DNA from: Selaginella moellendorffii
Taxonomy: Eukaryota; Plantae; Lycopodiophyta
Assembly: GCF_000143415.4 (NCBI RefSeq)
Contig: NW_003314394.1
Span: 37,694-101,693 of the forward strand
Direction of reading: 5' to 3'
Length of the DNA stretch: 64,000 bases
In this document: piece after piece, positions 11,353-21,599 of the stretch
Position numbering within the stretch: the first letter of the stretch is position 1
Layout of the letters: each line of letters begins with the position of its first letter
The notes under the pieces: model-generated
What the model saw: the letters and a program-made list of their open reading frames with translations, nothing else
Told to the model about the DNA's origin: nothing
Database searches by the model: none
Made by a program: the position numbers and the translations under genes

Positions 11353-14300
11353 GCTACACACACTGTCATGGAATGTAGGAGGCATTAGTAGAGAGGGTGT
11401 GATATGGAGAGACAAGAAGGCAAAACTGAGACAGCACATTCGCCAACTAGAAGGAGTGTTTGGTTCTTGTGATTTCCTTTGCTTCCAGGAGCATCGAATA
11501 AAAGAACACCACCCGGTGTCCAAACTGTCCCTGGGAGAACACTACTGGAATCCAGCAAGGAATGGAAAAAGAGGAACATTGATCATTGCCAAAGGACCCT
11601 TACAATCCCTCTGTGACTCTCATCAGATCCTAATCCCAAGGCGTGCACATGTGGTCACCTTCAAGATACACATGTGAACCATAGGCCTATTGAACATATA
11701 CGTCCTGGCCTCAAACTCAACCAGCCGTGCACACTTTCTCCGAAAGCTCACGCACAGACTCCCACTAGGAATTGACGACTGGTTACTCATAGGCGATCTC
11801 AACTTTGTTGATCACAAAGCAGATAAAGAGGGGGGAATTCTCACGGATCACTGTACCCGAGCAAAGCGGCTTGCATGGAACTCCCTTCTGCTACACCTCG
11901 GAACATGTGACGCATATGAAATCCCAAGCTTTGCCGTCCACGAACCCCAATTCACTTGGCAAGAGCGCCAGCGCAGGTGCATCCAAAGGCAACTGGACCG
12001 ATTCTACCTCACCATGGAACTGTGCATGCAAGGTGGAAAGCTGGACATAGATACCTCATACCCAGAATTCTCATACCACTGTCCCATACGACTCATACTC
12101 CCACTTCAGAGATCGCTAGGACCCAAGAAACCTAGTGCCATACCCAGGAAGTTCTTCATGGACCCAGCCAACAACCTCTGACTACAAGAAAAATGGAAAA
12201 ATTACAATGGGGACTTGCATTCCTTCACGTTGTGACAAGTTGAGGAAATCCGAGCCAAAATACAAAAGGATAGACGAGGAGTCTTCAACACATGCAGACA
12301 GTCCTGAACTCAATCAACACAGGCCTCCAAGACAACCCCGATGACCCCTGGCTACAAGCCCAAAAGATCCAAGTCAAGCACCAACTTGACAAAATTGAAG
12401 CTGATAAAATGGAAGCATTCTTGCAAGCTGGACACATCCATTGGCATGCTAGCGAATTTTCACTTAACAGAGAGTTCTACCAGTCCATAAAACCCAAGAT
12501 AATCTCACCCCCAATGTTCGGACTCAAGGATGAACACGGCCACATTTTCACCGGCCTTGACGACATGCACGCCATGGCCGAACAATACTATACCCAGCTC
12601 TTCACTACTGAACCCTAGAGCAAGGATCGCCAGACCAAATTGAATTAGGTGTTGGACCACATCCCACAGAAGTACACCCCGACTATGTGCTCCAAGCTCA
12701 CTAAACCCTTCACAATAAGCGAACTGTGGGATGGCCTTCATGATCTCAAAGACAACAAGATGCCAAGAGAAGATGGCATGCCACCGGCGTTCAACAAAAC
12801 CAACTGGGACTAGCTAGGTCCAGCAGTCCTCAAGATGTGGGAAGAGGTCCTGATCATTGGACAATGGCCACCCAGTGCCACTGATGGCCTCATAGTGCTC
12901 ATCCCAAAAAAGGGAGGAGACATGTCCCTTCTTAAGAACTAGCGCCCCATATCAATGTTGAACACAATGTACAAGATCATAGCCAAGGCATTGGCCTCCC
13001 AAATCAAACCATTGCTCCCAGAGACAATCAAGGAGACACAGAACGGGTTTGTGGATGACAGGCAGATCATGGACAACCTCCTAACACTCCTACTAGCACA
13101 AGAACACACAAAAGACAAATTAGGCCAAATTGCTATCATACTGCTGGAATTCGAAAAGGCCTACAACCGAGTTGATTGGACAGTCCTCCAAGCCATAATG
13201 AGCAAGATAGGGATCCCACAGGCATACATCAGCTGGACAGCATCCCTATACCACTCTGCATCTAGCCACGTCACCATCAACGGCACTCTTGGCCAATCGT
13301 TTAAGCTTCAAAGATCTGTGTGCCAAGGCTGCCCCCTTGCCCCATACCTCTTCTTATTTGTGGCAGATGCACTGGCATACTACCTCGCCTGACCTGGAGG
13401 TCCAAAAGGGATGTCTCTCCCCAGCTGCCAAAAATCACTATAGGACATGACGCCAGCAACCAACGAGGATCTTCTCTCCTCAACATTCACGGACGACATA
13501 GGGATCATAGCAGATGGCTCACCAGCAAATCTATCACGCCTCAAGCAAGACCTTGACCATTGCAACGAAGGAATGGGATCAAAAGTGAACTGGTCCAAAT
13601 CCGTGGGACTATGGCTACCATAGGACCAACCGCCCACATGGGGAACTAAACTAGGCTTCAAGTGGGTACATCTAGGAGAAACCACTCGGATACCTTGGTT
13701 TCCAGATAGGGCACCACTATGATCTAGAACCCCAGAACCGCAAAGCTGTCACAAAACTACAGGACCAACTCAAATTCTGGGCAAGCAGGAAATTGTTCTT
13801 CTCAGCACACTGCATTGTCGCTAACAACATCCTACTCGGTGCAATCTGGTTCCTTGCGTCCTACTAGAACCTAGACCAAAGGACAATCCGAGAGATGAAC
13901 CAATTGATCAGAACATATGTGTGGAAAGGTTCATCCTGTGTCTCACGAGGCAGTGCCAAAGTGGACTAGCACTCGGTCACACTACCCAAGCACAAAGGGG
14001 GATTGAATACAATAGACATTGAGGAACAATGCAAGGCCCTTCTTTTCAAGATCTTCATGAGGATGCTCATGCCAGGAAACCTGGAGACTACTACTACGGC
14101 ACCAGTTCCTCAAGATCCTCCCAAATCGCCAAGAACACATGTGGCAAGACTGGGCCCCAGACGAGCAGTGGATGTTCTCAGATGCCAAACTCAAAATGCT
14201 AGGTGCCAACACCTTCACCAGAAAACTCTTCAAGATCTGGTCCCAACTCAAATCTAGGCTGCAACGCAAGCCACCATGAACCAAGGAATAACTGGACTGC

Positions 14301-15650
14301 CAACCAATCTTCCTCTACAAGTGGTTCCAAGCCGAAGGAAAAATGCTAGGTGCAACAGAAGATAGAGGCCTGGACCAAACCTACAGGGACCTACATGGGC
14401 ATGCACACCTTTGCAGAGGCTAATACCATGATCCAAGAACACTAGACAGCAAACAACTCTAACTGGATCAAAGCGTTCTATGGTCTGGCGATCTCAAAAC
14501 ATAGGATGTGGAAGTTCCAAACAGCCTTTCACAAAGCTTGACGGGCGTGCCTCAAGACACTACAGATAACCGACATGTCAACTCATCGCTGGTGGAGACT
14601 AAACGATACGATTATATACACACTCCCAGGCAGGACATCTAGTCTGATCTTTGAAGTGGGACACGCGGGATGCCTCCTTCCCCTCATTACCCTTGAATAT
14701 GAGGATCTCCTAGACATGTCTGCTGCTCAGCCTATCCGTGTCATCCAGATGGAGAAGAAAACTACATGTATAGACCCAACAATTCCAGAATGATAGTACT
14801 CCCGACTCTACTGGTTCTACCACCAAACCTTGGATGAATTACAATGGGACCCAGCAGAATGGGAGTGGAAGGACACATGCAAAGGGTTCTTTCAATATGA
14901 GACCAAGCTCGGCTAACAAATCTTCTGCCCCCCGGCCCACTCCACCTTCTTCCAAAAAGCAAGAGCTCAGCAGATCCTCCCCTTGAACCACTTACAATGT
15001 GTGAACAAGATTTGGAGAGGCCACTAGTCCGCCAAAAACCGCTATTTCATGTGGCTAGCCCAACAAGAACGACTACCCTCCCTTGCGGCAATACACCTCC
15101 TGAACACAGCATGCAAGCTATGTGGCACAAAGGAGACTCAGCGACATATACTATGGGAATGCTTGCTTGGCAGCACAGGAAGTTTGGGAGGGAGCCATGG
15201 CAATCCTCAAACGGACCTCACAAGGAGGCGTGGCCATCACCTACGAATCTGCACTCTGGGCAGCTTTCTCCAAGGGAAAACTAAACGCCCGGACACCTGG
15301 AAATGGAAGCAAATCGAAAACCCTCACTTTGACCAACTCAACCGATCACGCACTCATCTCACACATCTCCATTAGGAACTCTTCGACGCTCTCAGGGGAT
15401 GTACTTTAGCAGAGATCTGGAAGGCCCGCTACACCAGGACGTTCAATGATAAGAACCCCTCGGCTCGGGCAACAATCTCAAAGGTTTGGTCACGACTGAT
15501 CGTCGCACTAGCATCTAGAGTTGATACGCTAGTCAAAAGAGGACACAAAGGGAAGATTGCCTAGGAATGGGCTCTCTGGCAGTTCTTTAGACATGGAAAT
15601 GAGGTTAGTGAAGACAAATGGACTTGGAAACCACCAATATGGCTTTGGCA
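11345..15650 (+). pseudogene. LINE ORF2: AP endonuclease, reverse transcriptase, C-terminal CCHC zinc finger (disrupted)
   Basis: APE motifs LSWNVGG, LCFQEH, LIGDLN, LDRFY, SYHCPI; RT motifs RPISMLNTMYKIIAKALA, EFEKAYNRVDW, QGCPLAPYLF, FTDD (13486-13497); zinc finger CKLCGTKETQRHILWEC (~15112-15163). Many in-frame stops. Confidence 0.95.
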
Positions 15651-15864
15651 TCACTTGTCTAGGAACGACAGAACGTGTACCTCCCCAAGTCCTTCAACCT
15701 CCCCATCTGGGACGTCAACCACATGGACCATGACGGATACGATCTTGAGCTTCAATTTGTCCTCAGCCCCCTCACCACTCCCCTCTCTGCTCTTTTCCAG
15801 TTTTGAGCTTATCAAAACTGGACTTTATGGTTTTATAGAGAATAAATAAATAAAAACCCGGTTG

Positions 15865-16026
15865 ACAAAGTTGGACTAGAGTCAAGCTCAATAGGGTCTT
15901 CTTTCCCCGCTAATTCTTCCAAGCCCATTCCCTTGGCTGTGGTTTCACTAGATAGTAGATAGGGACTGTGGGAATCTCATTAATCCATTCATGCGCATCA
16001 TTAATTAGATGATGAGGCATTTGGCA

Positions 16027-16062
<36 letters not shown>
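15865..16062 (-). pseudogene. 25S/28S rRNA gene fragment, continuation on the other side of the LINE
   Basis: gactagagtcaagctcaa...gggtcttctttccccgct...tagatagggactgtgggaatctc...ccttaagagagtcatagttactcccgccgtttacc is the reverse complement of the conserved LSU region containing the animal R1 and R2 insertion sites. Confidence 0.95.
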
Positions 16063-16260
16063 TGTGGTGGACACTGGAGATTCTTCATCAACACCTACCT
16101 CCGATGCAATTATGATCAGTTCTTTATATATGGCAGTTTGATTTATCGGAACAATCTCCTCTACATCCCTGCTGGCACCCAAGGCTCCTCATTCTGCAAT
16201 CTTGTCATGACACCCTAGTAGCAGGTCATTTTGGTACACACAAGACCATGGAATAACCAT
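16063..16260 (+). mobile_element. Gypsy integrase zinc-binding fragment
   Basis: Translates to LLYIPAG and SCHDTLVAGHFGTHKTME, the typical HHCC integrase N-terminus; truncates the rDNA fragment. Confidence 0.75.
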
Positions 16261-16285
16261 CCTGTTAGCTTGAACAATCACCTAA

Positions 16286-16358
16286 CACTGATGCTAGGGC
16301 ATTGAACCCAGGTCACCTACATGACAAGCAGGAAGACTAACCACTATACTACATTGAT
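16286..16358 (-). pseudogene. tRNA-Asp(GUC) pseudogene
   Basis: Reverse complement tcaatgtagtatagtggttagtcttcctgcttGTCatgtaggtgacctgggttcaatgccctagcatc aligns with plant cytosolic tRNA-Asp, with many C>T/G>A changes. Confidence 0.8.
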
Positions 16359-16539
16359 AGTCAACCATGTGGAGGTTGACCAAGAATATTCACATGTGTC
16401 AATATAGAGTTTTATTTCACAATATAATACTTTGTGTGACCCATCATCAAATAAGTTCCACCCTTGCTTAGGAAGTGCTATTTGAGAAGTGGGAGAACTT
16501 GTTTCCAAACAAAAAGGATTGTCCTTCTCTTGTTTGATT

Positions 16540-16594
16540 GCATTAATAGTCCAATGGTTAGCAATAGACCTGGGTTTAACTCCTGGTTGATGCA
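16540..16594 (+). pseudogene. tRNA-Gly-like pseudogene lacking the anticodon arm
   Basis: gcattaatagtccaatggttag...agacctgggtttaactcctggttgatgca resembles the 5' and 3' halves of tRNA-Gly; the middle is deleted. Confidence 0.55.
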
Positions 16595-16749
16595 TTTGGC
16601 TACGATGTTTCATCAGTAAAATCATTTTCAAATGATGAGATCCCTTCTTCCCAGCAACCACAACCACTGTAGCCTTGTAAATAAAGGTCTATGCATTACG
16701 ATTGCTCCCAACTCGAAACCACTGATGCACCAGTGGTCTTCTCATATTT

Positions 16750-16821
16750 TGAACCTGATGCAAATTGAAAGCGCAACCTTTTGATCTTGAGTCAAACACG
16801 CTACCATTGCGCCACGGATCC
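16750..16821 (-). pseudogene. tRNA-Trp pseudogene (anticodon CCA changed to CAA)
   Basis: Reverse complement ggatccgtggcgcaatggtagcgtgtttgactCAAgatcaaaaggttgcgctttcaatttgcatcaggttca matches plant tRNA-Trp GGATCCGTGGCGCAATGGTAGCG...; T-arm/B-box degraded. Confidence 0.85.
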
Positions 16822-16865
16822 CCTAAAAAACTAACCTTCTTTCACATCCTCCATGTGGCTATGCT

Positions 16866-16927
16866 TCCCAATGCTGGGGATTGAACCCTGGTCACCTACA
16901 GAAATACTGACCACTATACTACATCGA
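16866..16927 (-). pseudogene. Second tRNA-Asp pseudogene (anticodon region deleted)
   Basis: atgctggggattgaaccctggtcacctacagaaatactgaccactatactacatcga is paralogous to 16286-16358 and shares its flanking sequence. Confidence 0.7.
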
Positions 16928-17347
16928 AGGTCAACCATGTGGAGAGACGGGCTCAGAATAATGATACTTTCCACCCTAGGAAGTGCTATTTGGGAAGTGG
17001 GAGCACCTGTTTCCAAACAAAATTAAGCTTCCCTTGGTCGATTGAGTCAATAGTCCGACGTGTCATCACTTGAACTGGGAGCATCGACCATTCGATCTCC
17101 CGGGGGAACTAGAGCCAGCTTGAGATAATCATTTGACGAGATCCCATCATTGTAGTTAGTGAACCTGTGAGCCAAAAGTTTGCGCCTATAATAGGACGTC
17201 AATTCCGATGCTGAATTGGTTAACTGATTCAGATCCTTTTCAGGATGGCTTTGACTTGCTGACATCAGCAAAAGGGATTAACAAAGGGAATATCATCGAT
17301 TTGGGGACTGCTTAAACGTGCAAAAAAATGAGAGTTCAAGAAAAAAA

Positions 17348-18640
17348 TGGCTGAGGCAGAAAGGTCAGACGACAAGGAGGGCGAGCGGAAGAAAGTCTTG
17401 CGAACTTGTAAAGGCAGATGGCTAAAATGTTGAAGATTGTTGATCCGGAGGTGGGCAACGAAGACTCTGAGCAAGATAGTTATCGACGGGACTTTCAACA
17501 AACACGTGACCTTGGAAAAGTTGCACTCTATCGATGTCTCCAACAAAGATCGCGTGCATTACCTCGAGACTTTGCTGTCGCTGGAAACAAAGGGAGGCCG
17601 CGAGCCTTACAGACTTCGTTCTCTTCAGGTCCTGGATTAAGCACTAAGAACGTCGGTTGTATTTGCTTGGTTTTAGTCTTGTCATTGATCGTGGTTGCAG
17701 GTTTTTACTGCTGCCATGGAATTGCTTGAAGGCTTGCGAGTATACGATGCTAGAGCCATTGTCACCAGAGATTTCAAAGACAAGTTCACGTGCTGGTACA
17801 ATGCCGGATTCGTAACTTGTGGGCATTGCATGTGGCAAGTGCAGACTTGTTTGAGGTGGACCAATCGGCTAAGAGGATGATTGCGAGGTATGGTTTCAAA
17901 GTTTCAGTGAGGATTTCACCTCATTTTTCCTGGTACATGTTCTCGCAGAATATCGAGCATCCACCTTTGATGGAGGCGTGGTATTGCGGGGATAATGAAT
18001 CCTCATACTTACTATGAAGATTTCAGCGTGGGAGAGAGCTTCGGTGCCTTTCTACCTGGACTATGGAGTACGCAAATTCCCGGACACTGAGAAAACTGTT
18101 TACGCGCAGCATGCTCGGGATCCCAAACAGTGGCCATTCGAGCCTTCAGCTGCTATGATGAAGTTGCTTCAGCGGATCCAGAAGGCAGCAACAAAGAGAA
18201 AACCTCCAGCGTCGAAAGCCTCTGTGGATGAACGTAGGTTCTTGCTGCCCAGCCTGTTGTGACGACGAGCGGACTTATCTACTTACCACACACCGACCTC
18301 GGATTGGAGGGTGCTACGGGTTTTGCATCCTTGAAGCTTGTAGCTGCTATTAAGGATAACACGGACACAGTGCTCTTGAGAGAAATGAAGACGTTCGTCG
18401 CTTCTCTTCCGTTGGGAATTCCGTGGGCAGATGGCGTGGATGAAGCTGCCGACTTGATCATCCTCGATCCTCCAAGCTTGTAGCAGATGACACCGTCCCG
18501 GCAACATGTCGCTACAGTGCTACCTTCTTCACCGAATTGATGGCGTGCCTGGTCGTGATGTGTTTAGAGAACAAGCTTATATGGCGGGGAAAGCTTTTTC
18601 TTTCTGGGCGTCGATGGAGGCTGGGGTTATAGCAACGTGA
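17348..18640 (+). pseudogene. Disrupted gene of unknown family
   Basis: Chain of protein-like frames (MAEAERSDDK..., LSKIVIDGTFNKHVTLEKL..., VFTAAMELLEGLRVYD after a TTGCAG acceptor at ~17700, VPFYLDYGVRKFPD..., GLIYLPHTDLGLEG...) linked by frameshifts and stops; no family recognised. Confidence 0.5.
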
Positions 18641-19293
18641 CAACAACGCTTGTGAAGGTGAGCATGCTCTTCATTTTATTCATGTCTTACTGAAGATCCT
18701 GTTTCTCCCATCACATCATGGACATCACCATAATGCTTGGTGAGTTTATATGGGCATTTTTGTTTTTTCTTACAGGCTTTATCAGCCAAAGAGTATGAGG
18801 CTCATGAGCTTTCTCGTCGACCATTTGACACCTTCCAAGTTGCTGGTCATGGATTTTTTGCCGTGGCTCTGAGGCGGCTCGTAACCACGGGAAAGTCACT
18901 CTTTATAAATTCCTAAATCCACCTGTATTTATGACTTCCAATAATGACCCCTTAAATACAGAGAATACAAGATTTCTGACCCTTCTATACAGTTACTTTT
19001 GGACAACCCTAAGAAAATGATTTTTTAAAGCTATCATTTCACAATGCCCTTTTCTAAGAATATGAAATCCCTTCCTCAATTTTCCTTGACATGACTGAGA
19101 GGTTAATGTGGAACAATTCTTATAACACCTAAATGATCCCCATCTGCACAAATCTTTGAATCTAACTTTCGATGTCACAAAGTAACTGTTATTACGTACT
19201 TGTGAACTGTCCTAGCAAGATGAGAATGTGGAAAAGTCTATATTGGTGAAGACTTTTCCACAGCCTCATCTTGTTAGGAAGGTTCACAACTGG

Positions 19294-19300
19294 TATAAAA
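19294..19300 (+). promoter_or_regulatory. TATA box of the cysteine-rich peptide gene
   Basis: TATAAAA about 70 nt upstream of the ATG at 19370; AATAAA at 19664-19669 after the stop. Confidence 0.6.
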
Positions 19301-19369
19301 CTAGGGCTTCAGATCTTCATGAGCTAAAGTTGTCCTTAAGCTTGTGTTTCTCTTTACAAGTGTGTAAGA

Positions 19370-19618
19370 ATGGAGGCCAAGAAGGTGATCATCATGTTCA
19401 TGGTCCTATCATTCATGGCAGCAGTATGTGCAGCTCAACGTTGCCGAGATTACAATGATGGCATTGCACAGTGTTGGGGAGCCAGCCCCGACTGTCGCAC
19501 CGCTTGCACCACTTGCCACCGTGCTTCGGATCGTCGCAGCTGCGTCCGATGCAGTGGTTACAAGTGTAGTGGAATACTCCGTACTTGCGTTTGTACTGGA
19601 AGCTGTGTTCCTTGCTGA
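19370..19618 (+). CDS. Secreted defensin-like cysteine-rich peptide (82 aa, 12 Cys in mature part)
   Basis: Signal peptide MEAKKVIIMFMVLSFMAAVCAA; mature 60 aa with CxxxC, GxxC and CxC (CS-alpha-beta-like spacing); intact ORF with TATA box and polyA signal. Confidence 0.85.
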   Translation: MEAKKVIIMFMVLSFMAAVCAAQRCRDYNDGIAQCWGASPDCRTACTTCHRASDRRSCVRCSGYKCSGILRTCVCTGSCVPC

Positions 19619-19734
19619 CGAACTGTATGGAGTGTGTGACCATATATATTATCTAGTGAGTTAAATAAAACCAAGTTTGAATTGTATCTAGCTGTACAAA
19701 TATACAGATGTGCTCCAGCTGATGAATCTTGGCG

Positions 19735-20185
19735 CTACACCCAAGCTTCAATCTTGATCCCCAAGTCCGAAGCTTCGATCTTGCTTCAATCTTGCTTTGA
19801 TCTTGGCCCTTCAAGCGCAGTCCGGATCCGCATTCTGCAGCAGTCTGCAAGCGATCGGTGAAGCTTCAAGCTTCAATCTCGCTTAAAGCTTCCTTCAAGC
19901 TCTCCAGTCCGCAGTCTGCGTAGTCTGCAGTATGCAATCGATCATGAGCTTCAATGGCTTCGATCTTCAATCTTTAGCGATTCATCCAGCTTCCAGCGTC
20001 AGTCCTGATCCACTCCGATTGCAAGCTATAATCTTTCACTACTGTACAAGATTAAACCCTCAATCTGCAATCTTCAATCTCAAACACGTCTCACGCCTCA
20101 ACCCTATTCGCAGTCTCAAGCTCGTCGCCTCAATCTTTAAGGTTCAGTCATGAAGCTTCCCCTCTTCCACTTTTCAATCTTCAAC
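19735..20185. repeat. Degenerate short-unit repeat (CTTCAATCT / CAGTCTG)
   Basis: Frequent reiteration of gcttcaatct, cttcgatctt and cagtctgc; probably TE-derived low-complexity sequence. Confidence 0.45.
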
Positions 20186-21599
20186 TAATCTTCGCAAGAA
20201 GAAACAGCAATTAAAAATCAACGGATCTGTATGCAAGTGTCAAGATTGATGACTTCGTCTCGCTCACAGTTCGATCTCCTCAGCCAGCTTGTCGCTAGTC
20301 AATAGTCAACGACAACAGATCAATTACACGGTAAGTTAGATTAGTCAGAGCTAAGTTTAAATAGTTTAAAAACTTGTAGAAATTCACGATGCGACGCATC
20401 TTCTTGTTCTTCCTTCCCTCTATCATAGTGATATCAGATCCAGCACTCTCTCCCCGTTTCCACTAGTCCTGGCAGATGATTCCTCTGTTCATGGTGAAGA
20501 CGATCACCGCATCTCTCTAGTAACTTTGATCAGCATCAGACTTTCACTCAGCTGCAAGAATTCATGACTAGTCAGCAAACTTTCATGTCTTAGACCTTGC
20601 AGCAGTTACGTCACATTTCCTTCCCCATAAATATGCATAAATAAAATAAACTAAGAACAATAATTAATAAAAAGAAAAAAAAAGAAAAATAGGTCATTGC
20701 CAAAATATCATAAGGTAGAAGTTGGGGTAAATGCCCACTAGAAAGTAACCAACCACTCATGGATGTGTGGGTGGCCAGTTTCTTCCTGAAACAACAGCCA
20801 CAAAGCTTCCACTAAACATCCTCGCTTAGTTCAGGTCAAACCTAATTTCTGACCAAGTCCTGCCATGTTTTGCTCCCGCCAAGTCCCTGCCGCATGTAAA
20901 TCCATTCCCTGGCAAAGATCGCGCCTTTGATCTGCCACCACAATGATTAGGGAATGATCCATCACGAGTGGATCTTCGAAAGATCATACAAAGCTCACCG
21001 TGAGCTCAGACTCCAGCAGACAGAAGAAGAGTTGTTCCTTGACATCAAATGAAACATTTCTTCTGGTTGTTTTGAGGAGCAAATCCTTGCAGCAGGATTG
21101 GGAGAAGCAGAGCCATCTTCAAGCACATTGAACGGCAACTGATCAGTAAGTGAAAAGAAAAGTAAAACTCACATTTTCTCTCGTAGCTTGCTCACCAAAA
21201 CTTGCATTTTTGGTCGCTCCATGTTCGCAAAAACCGATATCTTTTATCGTTGCGGCTTAGTGATGCAGATGTTATGCGCGATTACTAGGAGTATCTCCTG
21301 ATGTACCATGGAAACAGGCCGCCACTCCCGCTCGCGTGCTGGTTTGATTATGGACGATACAGGATGCAGAACGAAGAAAGAAAATAAAAGCGAGCCCCCA
21401 GAACTGTGTGGAATCAAAACTTAACTTTTGTGTGCGTCTCTCAAGAACCATAAACAAAATTAACCACGGAACCAAGCTCATTTGGAAATACATCTGAAAA
21501 CTCAACTCAGCATGCAGAGGAACCTGAAGCTCCAGAAGAACTGGGAGCTGATATGGAGGAAGCCACATTTTGCCTCCTGTAACTGAGATTTAAATAAAG

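Larger units (their letters stand above)
6550..15864 (+). mobile_element. Near full-length, degenerate L1-type LINE inserted antisense into the LSU rDNA, with 17-bp target-site duplication
   Basis: rDNA stops at 6549 and resumes at 15865. Flanks ACAAAGTCAAACTAGAG (6533-6549) and ACAAAGTTGGACTAGAG (15865-15881) both derive from rDNA ACAAAGTCGGACTAGAG. Contains ORF1 and ORF2 and ends in AATAAATAAATAAAAACCCGGTTG. Confidence 0.9.

Noticed and set aside
6550-15864. R2 element
   Set aside because: Two ORFs with an N-terminal AP endonuclease rather than a C-terminal restriction-like endonuclease; different site and orientation; the R2 site itself is empty.
5604-16062. Functional rRNA gene, or group I intron in rDNA
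   Set aside because: rDNA is truncated and mutated even in the sarcin-ricin loop; the insert is antisense, has a TSD and encodes APE-RT.
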